The notes beneath the pieces are model-generated. The model ran no database searches and was not told the DNA's origin. It saw only the letters and a program-made list of their open reading frames with translations. The position numbers and the translations under genes were made by a program. DNA of 64,000 bases from Girardia tigrina. Lineage: Eukaryota. Where the stretch lies: positions 1 to 64,000 of the forward strand of contig MQRK01254997.1 of assembly GCA_001938485.1 (NCBI GenBank). Reading direction: 5' to 3'. Below, piece by piece: positions 39,324 to 55,411 of the stretch (its first letter is position 1; each line of letters starts with the position of its first letter).

Positions 39324-40569
39324 TTAGGGTGAACCAAAAGTCTTTTCGTATTTTCTACGTCTTTTTGCTCAATTGTTTCTTAAGCAAACAAAGATATTTT
39401 ATATACATGTGATATATGTTTTTAAAGCTCTTGAACTGCTCTATCAGAATATATATTAGAACTTCTAATTAGTCGTTAATATAATTTTTATGGTCGTTTA
39501 GAAAAATCATGGAAAATTTTGAAATTCGTGTTCATTTACGCCATTACTGGAAACAGGGCTTAAACGCAACTGTAGCAACAAAGAAGATATGCAAAGTTAA
39601 AGGCGATAATGTGGTCTCAAATCGTACTGCACAAAATTCATTCAAAAGGTTCAACGAAGGCGACATTGACCTCGGAGACAATGCACGTTCAGGCCGACCT
39701 ATCACCGTAGATTCCGGAGCAATTCGTGAAGCCGTCGAAAAAAATCCGTCAATAAGTACTGGCAGATTGTCGGCCGCACTCGATATTCCTCAAACATCCA
39801 TTATAATACACCTTCACGGTTTTGGCAAGGTCAATAGACGATGTCGAGAAGTGCCTCGTGAATTGAAACAAAATCAAGCCGAAAAGCGTTTCGAAACTTG
39901 TCAAAAATTCGAATTGTAACTTGCGTTGAAAAGTGAGTTTACTTCAGTAATCCAGACCAACAAAATCAATGATTGGACCCCGAACAAATGGCGAAACCGA
40001 TAGCGAAACGAGATCGTTTTTTAAGGAAGGTACTTTTATGTATTTGGTGGAATTTCGAAGGCGTGATTCACTTCGAGCTGGTTCCAAATGGTCGTACCAT
40101 CGACGCTGACCTTTACTGCACCCAACTTGATCGAATGTATGTGGCACTTGGCCAGAAATACCCCGCTTTGATCAATCGAAAGCGAGTTCTTCTACAACAG
40201 GACAATGCAAAACCGCACACCGCCAAACAAACAAAGGAAAAAATCAAAAGTTTCGACGTCTTTGAACTTCTTCCACACCCAACGTATAGTCAGGATTTTG
40301 CGCCATTCGACTATCACCTTTTTCGCTCTATTGACACATTCTTCGTGGTCGCAGCTTCAATAATCTGGCCGAGGTCGAAAAGGGGTGTCACCAGTTCTTC
40401 GCTTCTAAGAACAAGGATTGGTACCGCTGCGGGATCGCACAACTTGTCCATAGATGGGTTTAAGCTATAGATTCAAATGGCCTATACTTTGAAACTTAAA
40501 TGCTTTTAGTTGTTGTAAAATTATGTTTAAATTTTTAATAAAAATACGAAGACTTTTGGTTCACCTTAA
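39324..40569 (+). mobile_element. Near full-length mariner (1246 bp); transposase pseudogene 39509-40498
   Basis: TIRs TTAGGGTGAACCAAAAGTCTT / AAGACTTTTGGTTCACCTTAA with TA TSD. ARSGRP, QDNAKPH, PTYSQDFAPFDYHLF. Confidence 0.95.
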
Positions 40570-41239
40570 TATCAAGCCAATCCAATTGAAAAGTAAGTCG
40601 TCATTTTAAATAATAATCTTTTTAATTCATTTAAAATAATAAATTTTTTAAATTTTAAAATTTCAAGATTATTTAATCAATTACCATAATGGTACTGACT
40701 GAATAATTTTATAATGCTATAATGAAAAGATAATTATTTATATTTATACCGAAATTTAAGGAAATTAATAACTATGCATTGAAAATAGAGAAGAATCATG
40801 GGAGATCCTTGTATTATCTTTGATAACTTATAACGTTTTTGACTTTTAGAAAATCGATAATGTTTTCAAACAATTCTAAATTTTAATATATAATTGAATA
40901 ATAAATGAATAATAAATAAAATGAATAGTGAATGAATAGAAAAACTCATCTTCAAAAAGAATGCGCGTCTCTTTTTATCTTTCTTTTAAGTGAATAATAA
41001 AAAAATATGAATATAACAGAGGCGGTAAATAAGTGATCGGGAAACATTATTTAATTGTTTCGAAAAATATTAATTAAATTTAATGGTTTCTAAATTGAAT
41101 TTTAATGAAAAGATTCAAGTAATATTTATTATTGATACTTTGGAATAAAAAAAACATAATTGAAAGAAATTAATCCATAAAACCATTTGTAATGTTTGAA
41201 TATATGTTTATTTACACTTAAATCTCATCCATGTATCTA

Positions 41240-42205
41240 TTGGGTTGTTCGGAATGTAATTTCAATTTTTTTGGTAAAAATGAAAGAGATTATGGTATTA
41301 TGAATAAATATTTTATTAAATTATTTATTGGCTATTCTAATCCAACACCTTTTGTCATCCTTATGGTAGTAGCATGATTTCATGCTCATGAAATATTTGG
41401 TCTTTGCTGGCAAAAAAGGTATCCAGGCGATTTTTGACGTCTTCATTTAAAGCAAAGGTTTTACAGTCCAAAATATTTTGCAGTGACCGGAACAAATAAT
41501 AATCCAAAGACGCAAGATCTGGAGAATATGGTGGGTATGACAGTGTATCCCATTCAAGCTGTAAAAGCTTTTGGCGAGTGACCGAACTTGTTCGAAGTCT
41601 CACATTATGTTGATGGAACACTACACCTTTTCTGTTGATTAATTCTTTCCTTTTCTGTTGAAGTGCATCATTCAATTTGTCCAGCTGATGTCAGTAGACT
41701 TCCGAATTAATTGTTGTGTTATTTCGTAAAAGCTAAAAGAAACGAATCCTTAAATCCAACCAAACAGACAGCATTACCTTTTTTTGATGAATATTGGCTT
41801 TCGAAATGCTTTGACCCGGTTCCACTTTTCTGCTCCATGATCTCTTGCTTTTGAGATTGTTATATACAACACAATTATTGTCCCCAGTAATGATGTGTTT
41901 CCAAAATGGATCATTTTTGTTACGTTTGAGAAGCGAATCAAAGACGTTAACGCTGCGACATAAATTTCTCTCCATGAGGACATGGGCAATTTATATATCG
42001 AGCTTCGTGGTTAAACCTAGCCTTTTTAGATGGTCATAAACAGTTAATTTCGATAAATTTAACCTCTCAGCGATCTGACGTGTTGTTAATCGCCGCTTTG
42101 CATCAACTTTATTGTGCCTTTATCAGCTTTAATTGACCTTCCGGAATGTGGTGCATCTTAGCTTCAAAATTGCTAGATCGAAATTTTGCAAACCAGTTAA
42201 ACGAC
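41240..42205 (-). mobile_element. Mariner element, 5'-truncated and decayed
   Basis: IITGD, KKVMLSVW, PPYSPDLASLDYYLF; TIR TTGGGTTGTTCGG. Confidence 0.92.
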
Positions 42206-43067
42206 GGTACTTTTTAAAAAATTAAAAAATAAAATTAAAGCAGAAGAATTGAAATTAAAAATTAGCATCCAACTCCAATTATTATATTTATTGGCTTATT
42301 TCTAGGGGAGACGAAATTTTACAATTCATCTCCCGATTTAACGCTCCATAATAATTAAACGCTTACTGCATAATTTGTACGAACGGTACAATACATATTT
42401 AGTGATCCTATAAATGTATTATATATATCCTATAAGCTATTCAAATGTTGATCCGTATATATTCGAAGACGCGATCAGAAAATTATCGTCCCTATCAATC
42501 TATCCGTGAATATCCAATTCCCGATTTCAGTTTTATCGAAAACAAACAAAAAGAAAAATGACAAAAATAAAAGAATCCATTTACTTTATACGCTCTAGTT
42601 ATTATTATTCTACCTCTCTTTCTTCCGAGTGATCATTATTGTTCTTGATTATTTTTAGTGTTTATATTTGTTATTTTGAGGAATATTTTTGAATTATGTT
42701 TATTGTATGTTGTTTGGTATGTTGTTTTAGGATTGTGTTTCTCCCACCCAGATGGAAGATTGATATCTTAAATATTTTAAAACGTCGGGTTGTTTAATCA
42801 ATTATTTAAATTTAAGCAACCAATTGTAAAATTAAATTAATATTTCATAAATAATATTTTAATAATAATTTTCTTAAAATAAATAAAATTTATTTTTAAT
42901 TTAAAGTATACATTATTTTTTGTAATTATTAAACTGTAATTTAAATTTGTTTGAATAATAGGACGTTAAAGAATATTATTAAAGATTATAAATCAAGAAA
43001 GATGACGAGCTACGCAAGCTTTACGGAGAATTATTCTAGTGGCAATTCAAATTGTGATGCAAATAAA

Positions 43068-45900
43068 TGTAATGAAAACTCAATTAACGTTCTTTATAGT
43101 TATTAAGTTAAATAAATATTAAGTTAAATAAATATAAAATATTTATTTTCTTTAATTATTATATATCGAAGTAGACCATTTAAAGTTTCTTTGAAATTGG
43201 CGAAATACTTTGGATATTCGCTATCTTCGTAACGTATTTTTTTTAATAATTTGACTTAAAAAAAGTCTTAAAAATAAAGTAATATATAAATTAGTTTTAT
43301 GATGTTCATGTTAAGCCTTTATTTGAATTTTCACGAACATTGTGGCTGATCTACCCTTACATATTGCCTTTTTATACTTAATACTTTTGATTATAATTTT
43401 TAAATTTCTTTGATTGGAAAATATAGTTAAATCTCCAGGTTTCACTTCAGGATTCATAATATCAACAAGTAGAATTTATTTAATATGTACAATCTTTTAA
43501 GAATACTTAAACAAATTAATAATCACAACTTTCCCCTCTTTTATAATTCGTTATTCACTTTCTTAATTCACTCAATTCTTCGACGAATTATGTTTCCATC
43601 TTTCAGAATCTGTAGTTTCAATTGGTGTTGCGATATATGTTTTAAAATTTGGTATGATCCATCGAATGGGAAAATGTCTTTTCTCAGTTTTGTAGGATCT
43701 TGTTTTACAAATACTTTCTGACCATCCTCGAAATGTCGATTTGTTATCTTCTCTCTCTCCCAATTTTCCATTTGTCTTGCCGCTTTCTCTAAATTTTCTC
43801 TTACCTTCATCTTGATCACGTTGCTCTCTTCCGTTTTAGCTATTCCTGCTGCTGCACGTAAGTTTATTTTTCTACCAAACACAACTTCGAAGGGCAAATA
43901 TCCGGTCGTACTCTGAACTGTTGTATCTAGACAGAATTCTATCTTCGGAACAATTTGCCACCATGATCGTTTGTCTGTGTCTCCTCTGCTTGTTACTATC
44001 ATGTTTCTCACTGTTTGAATAGTTCTTTATGATACCCCGTTTAATTGATGTTGGAATGGGCTACTACATCTTTTTTCGATTCCAATTTTCCTGCAAATAT
44101 CTTAAAATTATACTTCTTTGTCTCTTTGATACCTACATGACATAAATCTATGTGTATTTTCCTAATGAAATCTCTTCTAATTTGCTTTGGATCCAATGGT
44201 AACACACAATTTCCTTCTTGCCTACCCTATAATCCATTTTGATAAACTAATTGGTCCTTTAGTTGTAATAACTCCTTGGTGGTTTCATTCTTTTTACCTT
44301 CTGCCGTCTCCTGTATTTGTTTCAACTGGTTCAACTCTGAGCACTTTTCTTGTTCGTCTTTTATCCATTGAATTGTAGACTGAATCACCACAGTATTGAT
44401 GTGTTTCACCCTTGCTTTTTTTCATTTTGGTTCTTCGTGTTTTGTTTCCGATTGTGCACAAATGTCGTCGTATAGCCGTGATAATCCATCTGCATTTCCA
44501 TGTTCGTCACCTTTTCTATACTTCAAATCAAAGTCAAATTCCACCATGTTTGCTAACCATGTCTGGAATTGAGGAGTTATTGGTTTGGAAGTACTCTTCA
44601 TATACACCAGTGCTTTATGATCAGTTCTTGCTGTAAATCGCTTACCATATAAATATTGCTTGAAATGTAACATGAACTCTTGTAAAGCTAATAAATCCTT
44701 TCTTGTCACACAGTACCCTTTTTCATGTGTGGTTAAAGTCCTCGATACATACGCAATTACTACTTCTTTCTCTTCTGGTATCTGACTTAGAACTGCTCCT
44801 ATCGATCCGAATGATGCATCTGTGTCTAAAATGAAATTATTATTCTGTTTCACAAATGCTAATATTGGTGCACCACATAGCTTTTGCTTCAATTCGTTAA
44901 AACTTCTGTCGCACTCGTCTGACCAAAATATTTCTTTACATTTTCCCCTACATGCACTTTGCAAAGGTGCTACTAATTCGGTGTAATTCTTGATAAATCG
45001 TTGATATTAGTTACACAGACCTAAAAATGCTCGTAAATTTCGAGTACATTTTGGAATCGGAAAATTTTGAATTTCTGCCAATTTATTTGTTGAGATACCT
45101 TCTTTGTTAATTGTATGTCCCAGAAATACCAGCTCCACCACTCCGAATTCGCATTTCCCTGGATTGACTTCTAAACCTGCTTTTTTCAGTCTATTCAGTA
45201 CTTCTTCTAATAGTCTCATATGATCCTTCATTGATTTTGAGTAAATTAAGACATCATCTAGGTATAATACTACTCCAGAGAATAGTAAATCTTCAAATAA
45301 TGAATTCATTATTCTCTGAAACGTTCCGGGTGCTGTTGAAAGTCCAAATGGTACACGGTTAAAACAATACTGATGTGTTCTTGTGCAAAACGCAGTATTT
45401 TCTTGAGAACTTTCATCCAATGCTACTTGATGGTATGCTTTGCCTAAATCTATACAGTAATAAATTCTGGAGCCACCCAGAGCATCCATTAACATTTGAC
45501 TGTCTGGCATTGGAAAGGATACATTCTTTGATACATCATTCAATTTTCTGAAATCTAAACAAATTCAAATACCTCCATCTTTCTTTGGCGTAATGAAAAA
45601 CGGGGAGTTATATTCACTTTTACATTTCCGAATTATTCCTGCCTTTTTTAATCCTTTCCAAAATCCTTCGATTTGACTTCTAAATGAATCGATTGCCTTC
45701 TTGGATTCAGAAAAATCTGTTTACCTTCTGTTTCAATTTTATGGACCACAATATCCGTAAATCCCAAATCGTATTCATGTTTCATGAAAACATCATCATA
45801 TCGTTTCACGAGGTCTTCCAGTCGTTTGCTTTGCTCTTGCAGTTTCATATCTTTCTCCACTATCACATCTGACTTCTTGGTAGTTTTTTCAAGTTTGATT
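43068..45900 (-). mobile_element. Decayed Ty3/Gypsy retrotransposon: RT-RNase H-integrase, PPT and probable 3' LTR (~43068-43527)
   Basis: IDLGKAYHQ, YLDDVLI, LDTDAS, RTDHKAL, NADGLSR, TTGYLPFEVVFGR. PPT AAAAGAGGGGAAAG followed by TG at 43527. Confidence 0.92.
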
Positions 45901-46199
45901 CCGAATTTTATTTACAACTAATATTATTATAGTTATAACTATTGTATTTATCAGATCCATGCTACTTCCATAAGGTTGTGTTGTTTAATCTTTTACTTTC
46001 AATGGTAATTTTTTTTCAGATGTTATATTATTAAAATGTAAAATTTTATCTTTCTCTTCAAATCAAACTGAAATGTTAGGAAACATGTTGCAATATTACT
46101 GAAAATATTTAAAATAAGTAAGAGCAGTTTTATTAAAGTTTATTTCTTATTTTACAAATTAAAATTTTTAATTTGACAATATAGTTATAAGTGAAAATT

Positions 46200-47400
46200 A
46201 AACGAAAGTAATGTACGCAAGGCTCCCCCGATAGTTGGCATATAGGAGAGACTTTTAGGTGTCTACTGAAGCAATTTAACACTAGTAATCATTTTGCTTC
46301 TTAATGAACTTTAGTAACTCATTAGAGATTTAGAGAAATGAGATTTTTCCAGACGATTTTCCAATTGAAACTGATTTCCTTATCAGTACGATTCCATATC
46401 ACACTAACAATTACATTTTAATTTCCTGCATGATACACTTAAATTATCCTCTTTCTTTTAAATATACTTGTATTTTATAGTGTTGATTTAAATATTTTAC
46501 ATATTCCTTTATTTTTTATGACGGAGGAAACAAATTTGACGCATCCTCTCAAAATAGCATGAAGAATAAAATGCATCTTATTAGTGATATGGGTTTCGGC
46601 GACCTTTTCCCACTATTTTATTGTGACATGCAAAACATTTATCAGCAATAAGAGCACAGGTTTTCAATTAAGAAAGGTTTGAAACTTTTTTCCGGGTTGC
46701 AAGACAGGGATATCGGACATTTCCCAACACTCAAATACAATTGTTATGAAACACCTTTGCGAATTTTCAAATAGTAGAATTAAATTGATTGCTTTGAAAG
46801 ATACTTTTTCGGTCTAATGACTAATAACAGCTAAAAGAGGGTGTTTGACAACATTGATTACCATTGTGAATGATGCTGGAAATAACATTTATCCTTTCTT
46901 ATCATTCTAAGGAACTATTGCTCCAAAGACAAACGGTTTTCCTTGTGAAAAAAAATTTGAACTTCAAAGTATAGCAATATGATAACTCTTCGATCTAAAA
47001 TTATTTCAAAAGTTATGCAAATTACTACGTTTATCAAATATTCAAAGGGGATAGCCATTGCGCCAATTCATTCAATCATTCATTTACACAACATACTAAA
47101 ATGTCCATTTGAGTTTCAGTTTCAGGCAAAAAACGGATGAGCTCCTTGCAGTCCACGGCTATCCATACCTGGAGTGAAGAAAGGCGCCACCAGGTTCTTT
47201 GCTTACCGATACATTTAAAAATAAGCAAAAACCAAGCCACAAAAGGCTTGTACATAATTGGGTACATCCACTGCTCAACGACTAAGGTCCCAAAAAGTAA
47301 ATAGTATGATAAATCCATGATAATGGAACTATTTATTTTACTGAATGCAATCAACGTTATTTTCTTTTATGATATTTCCATCAGTTAATAATCTAAATAA
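46200..47400 (-). mobile_element. Highly decayed non-LTR RT remnant
   Basis: Scattered frameshifted motifs resembling KAPG, RPISL..K..E.IL..R and LSKAFD. Confidence 0.35.
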
Positions 47401-50400
47401 CAATTTTCATGCTCTACCATAAAAATGTTGATTTTTAATAACTCGACTACGTGCTGCCGCAATATCACAGTATTTACTTCTGTTATTGCTTCTGGACTTT
47501 TGGTACATTTTTTAGTGATAGGTGTAAAAAGCGATATATAATAAAAATGAATATGATTAATATTTTTAAAAAAACAATAAATTAAATTTATTCATGCATT
47601 TAAATTTTATCTAAAATGTAAAAAAAATTTTTACTTAAAATAATATTATCGATCAATAATAATTAATTATTATTATAGAAAAATAAAAATCAGTATTATA
47701 TAAAAAAAGGTTTTTTGATTCTTCAATGTTCATTAACAAAAACCTACTTATTATAAATAATAGTTAAAAAAAAACAAGCATTAATTTCTGCAACCCTAAT
47801 AATAATTAATAATATATACAAAAAACTTATTTATTCTTTGATCTCAAAAAAATAAATATTAAAACAAAAATATTTTTAATAATAATTACTAATCATTAAA
47901 AATTTTTGTTTCAATAAAAAATTACAAATTCTAAATTTTATTTATTATTATTATTTTTTTTAGACCATTTAACTCTTATATGAAAAAAACATTTCGTTAA
48001 ATGATTGTTTGATTAAGCACAAAATTTTGACCAATCAAAATCAAGCTACTTTTTCTATTAATTTTCAACTCACTAATTTGCAAAGTAATTATTTTTCAAT
48101 GTGAGTTTTTTTATTTATTTTTAATAAATAATTTATTTATATTAATTAAAATTAAAATTTTTTTAATTTAAGTTTGTTTTTAATTAAAAATTGTTTTCCC
48201 CCAAAAATATATTTAAAATTATTTTTTGTACTTACAAAAAAAATAAAATAAAAAATAAATTATTATTTTTTAATATTTTTCATATAAATTTTAACTAATG
48301 TTTTCGAGAAATTAATAATTGATAATATTTTATTTAAAAAGAATTTTTTTATAATAAAAAAAATTAGAATAATTAATAAAACCTTTTTTTTGATCTGATC
48401 TGAATTCTTTGAAATTATAATTTTATTGTGATAACAGTTTAAATGAATAAAAAATAAAATTGAAAAAAAAGAAAATCATCAAAAACTTAATGTCCCTTGT
48501 TGTTAATTAAAAATTTATCTGCGCCTCGAAAATCCAGTTTTTAATTGCCATAAAAAATATTTTTTTAACTATTGATGTATAAAAAAATCATCGGCTAAAT
48601 TTTTTATTTTTATGATTAATTCTTAATTAAAAAATTCTAAATATTTTTTTTAATTTTAAGAAATAAAATAATTAATTATTTTATTTTCCATAAATCAATT
48701 AGAGATTTTAAAATAATTATAATTTTGTTTTAATGAAAACTTGAATTTTTGTTAGTTGTACTAAAACAATTATATTATTTTTGTTATTATATATTTTTAA
48801 TTTATTTTGTATAATTTAAGATTAGAAAATAAATAAGACATAATATACATAAAACTTGAAAATAAACTTTATCAGTATAAAATATTACATCTATACATAA
48901 ATTGTCTCTTTACATTTGTTAAAATATTCCGTCTTTTAATAAATTATTTTTTGTCTGTTATTTGAAAATTTTTTGCAGACAATAATAATTATTTTTTTAC
49001 ATATTATATGAATTTTCGTAACAATATAAACTGAAGATATATTTCAAGAAACTAAATAATAAAAGTTGAATGAAATAAATTCTTATATTAATAAAAAAAA
49101 TTTTGATTAATTCATAGTCGAACTTTTAAAATAATCATGAAATCAAATTGCATTTTCTCATTGAATTTTGTGTGACGATGTAAAGTCATTTTAAAAGAAC
49201 TTGAACAGTTCATAAGGTTTAAAATGAGTTTAAATGAGTTCATTTTCAACTAAATCTTTAGAAAAGTCATTATTCAAAGATGAGATGGTTTAAGGAAACA
49301 GTGATAAAAAATATATTAATTTATGAGTATAACATAAAGGTTTACAATATAAAATAAAACTTCAAAAGAAATACCAAAACATTGTGACAGTTTTATTTAT
49401 ATTTTATACCCATGAATAAATTTAAGGGGGTCTCAATCTCCCTCATAGTTTCGTTATATATAATGTAAAATATGTTTATCCCATATCTTTTATGAAATTC
49501 ACTATATATATATAAATATATATATAATGGATATTTTACAATACAACCTGGATAATATATACATATATATTTATTATTATTATTTTATCAAAAGTAATTC
49601 AGTAATTTCGGACTAATAGATAATTTCGATAATTATAACAAAAAAATAGCAATTATAAATTTGAATTATAATTGCAATTTAATATAAAATCTAAATAAAG
49701 TTTTTGCACTTAAAATATGTTATATATTAGTTTTGTAATATGATTTCAAATTATATTTATTTACAAATTAAATAAATTGTTTTGTTAAATAAAGCAAAGA
49801 TATATTAATTTGAAAAATAACCAAATCTCAGTTTTATTAAATTGGACATTTTTTTAACAAGTTCATAAAAGAAACCTTTTAGTAAACTAAACTAATTGTA
49901 TTAATTAATATTTTAAAATTATTATTTTTCATTTTTCTATATTAATTATTATTATTTTTTATTATTTTATATTAATTTCCAATATTAATATAATCACTTT
50001 AATTATTATACATTATTTATTTTATAATAGAAAAACAAATTATATTTATATTTTGCATTAATATATACAATTATATTTTATTTTCGTCTTATTTTTTTAC
50101 CTATTTATAACTTTTGTCAGTTTAAAACTCTAAAGATCTTAATATCCGTTCTACGATTATTAATGTTAAAAATAATAAATTATTTGTTTTGCTGTAATAT
50201 AACTAATTATGTGAGAATTTGTTTGATATAACAGTAAATTATTTCCCTACATTATTTTTGAAGAGTTTCATTTTAACCTAAGTTATTTGTGTTATAATTA
50301 CATACTTATTTTAAACTTCTTCTTTTGTATGCGATTTAAAAAGTATCATTTAACAACTTCAAAAACCAATTTAAGTCATTAAAAGATGTTGTTTTTACAG

Positions 50401-52499
50401 TTCCTTAGTAGCCCCAGAAAATTGTCGTAAGGATCGTAACGCTGTGTCCAAATTTTTAGATAAAATATTTTCATATTTGTCCGGCTCATATTATTCCTTT
50501 TATTGAGGAATTTTTGATCAATTATCAATTTTTGTTCAATCAGATCAAATAAGTCTCATATAGAAAGTATATATTCTAACAGTAAAAAATACATAATTTC
50601 AGAATATTCTAACAGTTCCATTTTAAATTCAAAATATTTCAAATGAACTCTAAATTGGTTAAACAAATTTTTTATAAACGTTTTTATCAAAAATATAAAA
50701 CTCAAAAATTCAAAAAATTCACACTCAAAAATCTAAAATTGTTTTCGCATTATAATTCACTTAAAATATTATAATCGATTTGAACAAACATTCACGCAAA
50801 TTCGAAAATTGCAATCAACATTTTAAATTGTAATTGGCCATTCACACACAACTCGTTTTTATTGGCCAGCCAATCAGAACAAGTCAAATCAACAATCTCT
50901 ATTTATCTTCACGTACGCACGATGATTCGGCATTCCACATGAAATTTGAGCAAAGAATTTTTTATGGATTTAAAATTCATAACCCATTAAGCAATATTCT
51001 GATTTTGAGAATAAGGAAACGGTTCATTCTTAAACTTTCAAAGAGAAGGACGTCAATATAAATATCAATAACCAAATTATAATATAATAATATGCTTCGA
51101 AATTTCGAAACAGATGTTTTTGTAAAAAAAATCAAATTAAAAGATGATATTATTTTTTTCGTTTTAGAAAATTATATATCTTAATTTAATCCATTTATAC
51201 ATGCTTAATAAAAATTATTTATTAAAAATAGTAATAATTCTGAAAAAGAGAAAAAAATTCCATTTTAATAACCTTTATTTAGAAAACTTTTTTGGTTTAT
51301 TGTTTTTAATTTTAATATTGTTAATTAATTAATTAATTAATTTACTGAAACAAATGTAAAGTAAATCTTTTCGTAATTGTTGTTCAGTATAATTAAAGAA
51401 AATCTTATTAAGTAAATCTTAAGGTAAAATATTATTTAAAAAATAAAAATAATAATTTCAAAAGAAATTTATATACAAATACACAAAAATGAAAGTAAAT
51501 TTTAAAACAAATTGAAGTTTTAATAGAGTTAATTAAATGATACCTGTTTCTAAATAAAATAATATATAGCTTATTTTAATAATAAATATTATTTTTTATT
51601 TTGTTTGAATATTTTTTTTTATTTTGAATGAAAAAAGTAATTTTTTAAATTTAAAATTGTAGTTTTTACCATCAAACATACTTTTTCCTAAATTTTTTGT
51701 AATGTTTTATAATATCTGCTTATAAATATTTTTCTATAAAATTATTAATGTTTTTTAGAGATTCTAAATGAATATTTTAAAACATAATAATAAATTTTAT
51801 TAAAAAATTAAATAAATTCATTTAAATATTATCATTTTGAAAAGTAATAAATAATTTAAGAATAATTTTAAAACTAAATCAAATGGAATCATAATTATTC
51901 ATTCGGGTTGTTGTTTAGAATTAAAATAATAATATAATTAAAAAAAACATTTTAATTAGAAACTTATTCACAAATATCAAATCTCATTTCCCATTTTTCT
52001 AAGGTTTCAAACTTTTTGTAAATAAAATATCATAAAACAATTTGCTTAAAAAAATAAATTTTATTTATTTTGTTTTAATAATTTACCAAAAAATCAACAT
52101 ATTTTTTTCTAATTTTGGAATATTTCTTTTTGAAAAATAAAATCTGACAAGCTCTGATCCAAAAAAGTAGTCCTCATTTCCTGTCAGTTGTTTCCTGTAA
52201 AATTATTATCAAGTCATGTAGATAATAATTAAATCAATTTTCTCTTTTAACTGTTCATTTTAACTGGCTTTAAAAATGTTTATTATCATTAAATTTATTA
52301 ATTGAACAAATGTTTTTTTCCAGACATGTTAATTATTACAATTTTATTAATAATATTAGTATTATATATAACATTGTAGTAACAATGGAAATAATTATTT
52401 TTGTTATTATTATTATTTAAGTTTTAAAATCGGTGGGGCGGGATTTTTGTGGCTTTTATTTTTTTCAGAGGGTTAGTATTATATATATATATATATATA

Positions 52500-53190
52500 T
52501 TGGATTGATGAAGTTCCCGCCGTTTTTTGAAAAATTAAAATTTTATTTTTTTAACAAAAACGATACTACAAATTAATCACAAATATAATTTCCGCCATTG
52601 TTAACGACTTCTTCCCAACGTTCAACGAGTTTTTCAATGCCTCTGTGGCAGAAATCGCCCGGTCTTGACTCGAAGAATTCAGCTAACCAAACTTGCAGTT
52701 CTCCATCATTGTTGAACGAAACACCACGCAAAGCATTAGAAAGCGAACGGAAAAGATGAAAATCAGATGGAGCCAAGTCAGGTGGATGCGGAGGGTGCGG
52801 TAACACTTCCCAACCAAGCGTTTGAATGGCTTCTTTTGTCATTCTGGCAATATGAGGACGTGCATTGTCGTGTTGCAAAATAACACCATGTTGTCGATCC
52901 GGATGTTTTTGTCTTATAGCGGCGTTGAGTCTATGCAGCTGTTGAACATAAAGTTCTGCGCTCACTGTTTGGTTTCGAGGAAGCAATTCATAATGAATAA
53001 TCCCTTCCCAACCCCACCAAACGCATAGCATTGTCTTTCGTGGATGAAGATCCTGTTTTGCTCGCGGTGTCGATTGTTCTTCTCGGCTACGCCATTCTTT
53101 GCGCTGTTTCATTTTGACGTACAGGCACCATTTTTCATCACCCGTTACAATTCGATAAAGAAATTGTTGCTTATGACCGTGAGTTCAACC
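52500..53190 (-). mobile_element. Mariner 3' half (catalytic domain)
   Basis: ORF 52573-53112: HDNARPH..HPPHPPDLAPSDFHLF, with IVTGDEKW upstream. TIR remnant beside (TA)n. Confidence 0.93.
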
Positions 53191-55362
53191 TCTTTATGTT
53201 TTTTGTTTTATATTCTCAGAAGTTATTTATGGATTCGCTGGAATTTTTGCCAATTTATTTTGATCTTTGATTATCAGGACGATATTGTTAATTTGTTGGA
53301 TCTCTTCGGAGAAGAAATAATGATTGATCTTCAAGGATGTAATTACTGAAATTGGTTTTCCTTCATTGATAATCTTTTCGTAATTTACAATGAATGATCA
53401 ATTTAAATGTTTGCTATTTATCATTTTTTCTTTCATTCCCTACCCCAAGTTTTAATCGAACACTTACTTTAATGCCAATAACTCTTCAATGATTTTATTT
53501 GCTTGTCTTTAATGCTACTGCTGAGTTGGTGGGTCAAACTCCCAAGTCGTTCAGTTCTTTCATTAAATAACAATAATATAATCACATTTATATACCAAGA
53601 CAGTGTTTGCGTAATCGTTGTGTAATTTCTAAAACGTGTTAAATTAAAATATTTTTATCTGCTTTCATTACTTCTGATATTATTAAAGATGTTATTACTG
53701 ATTTTATTAAAGATTGGTATTATAAATGGAAAAGATTGTTAATCGACTAAAATAATCTTATCTTTTATTCGGATGTATCAAAAATTATAAAGTGAAGTTT
53801 TTAAACATTTAAAAAATATTCCAATCTGAAAACGTGAAAATGTATTATAAAAAGTTTGGTTGTACCGTGTTAAATCCTTTCTGCGTTTTCATTTGTAAAA
53901 AAATGTGTTTGGATGACGATATTTTTTGTGTATTATTATAATTGTATATTTTTATTGTTTGGCATCATTTAATGTACGAGAGAGAAGAAAACGAGAATGA
54001 AAGAAAAGAAAGTCAGAGAAATTTAAGTTAAAGAAAAGAAAGTAAATAAGAAAGCAAAGGAAAAGATTAGAGGATCATTTCCAATTTCAAAATAGAAAGA
54101 ATTATTTTCCATCCCCCTCCTCAATAAAATAATTATTATTAAATTAATAATTAGAATTGATCAAAAAGAAAAAAAAAATTAATGGGAATATATAACAGAT
54201 ATTTCTTTTGGTGATATTATTCATTTACAAAAAAATGATGAATCGCAAAAACAAAAGATTTTTTCGATCTGGTGATAATTTTCGTAGTTTCTTATTTTTA
54301 AATAATTTTGTTATTATTTTATTAAAAAATATTTTATAGTTAAAACTAGGCTCATTAGTAGCTGAATTGCAGTTAACCAGTTAACCTCGTTTTACATACT
54401 GTTATAAATGCATAACGAATAGGCAAATAGTATTTATTCTTTATATATAATTATTAATAATAATTATGATTATTATTATCAGTCATACGTAGATCACAAT
54501 ATACCGAAAAAACCTTTCTTAATTGATTTTAAACACCTACATTTAATCATAGAAAATTCAAATAATCTCCTACAATTTATAAATTTTTAATATTGTTGAC
54601 ATTATTTATATAATGATGTTTGTCAAATTTTATTTTCAACCAACGATTATTATCTTTTTTACAAAGTAATCAAATATGATAAGTAAAATATATCAAATTC
54701 ATCATTAATATTGATAAATAATATAAAAAAGGAATTATGTTCTCTTATTACACTTTACGGTATTGAATTGATTTTAATCTGTAATTAATTTTATGTAAAA
54801 AATTAAAAATCATATACAAATATATATGAATTTTTTTGGTTTATATTATGAATATACAAAATATAGAGCTTTAAATAATTAAAAAAATATTAATTTTAAA
54901 TAAACAATACATTAATTATATTAAGTTCTAAAGTGTGAACAGTCGACGTGATAATATATCTTTATAAAATATCATTGATATTCATTAAAGCTATAATTTT
55001 TTTTATTAATTTCTATATTAATTTAATTTTTATAAGAATTTTTTTAATTAATCATAAAGTATTCTTCTTGTCTAAATTTCATTTTAAACGGCTTAAAAGA
55101 TTTTAAAACCGCTTATTATTTTCATAAAATATATATTTGATTAATTAATCAAATGTCTGTTTTTTTAAATTAAAATTGATTATTAATATTAGCATCCTTA
55201 GAAATGTTATTTTCCTATTAGTAACTGTTTTATTTTGAGAGAAAAAAATAATATATAATAATGTTTAATTAATATATTTTTTCTATTTTATTGATAAATA
55301 TAAATTATTTCTGGATTGAACATCATTTTAATTTTAATTTTTTTATTAACCCTTAAAAGCCT

Positions 55363-55411
<49 letters not shown>

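Noticed and set aside
50830-50940. CCAAT-box cluster as a promoter
   Set aside because: No adjacent gene or TSS evidence.
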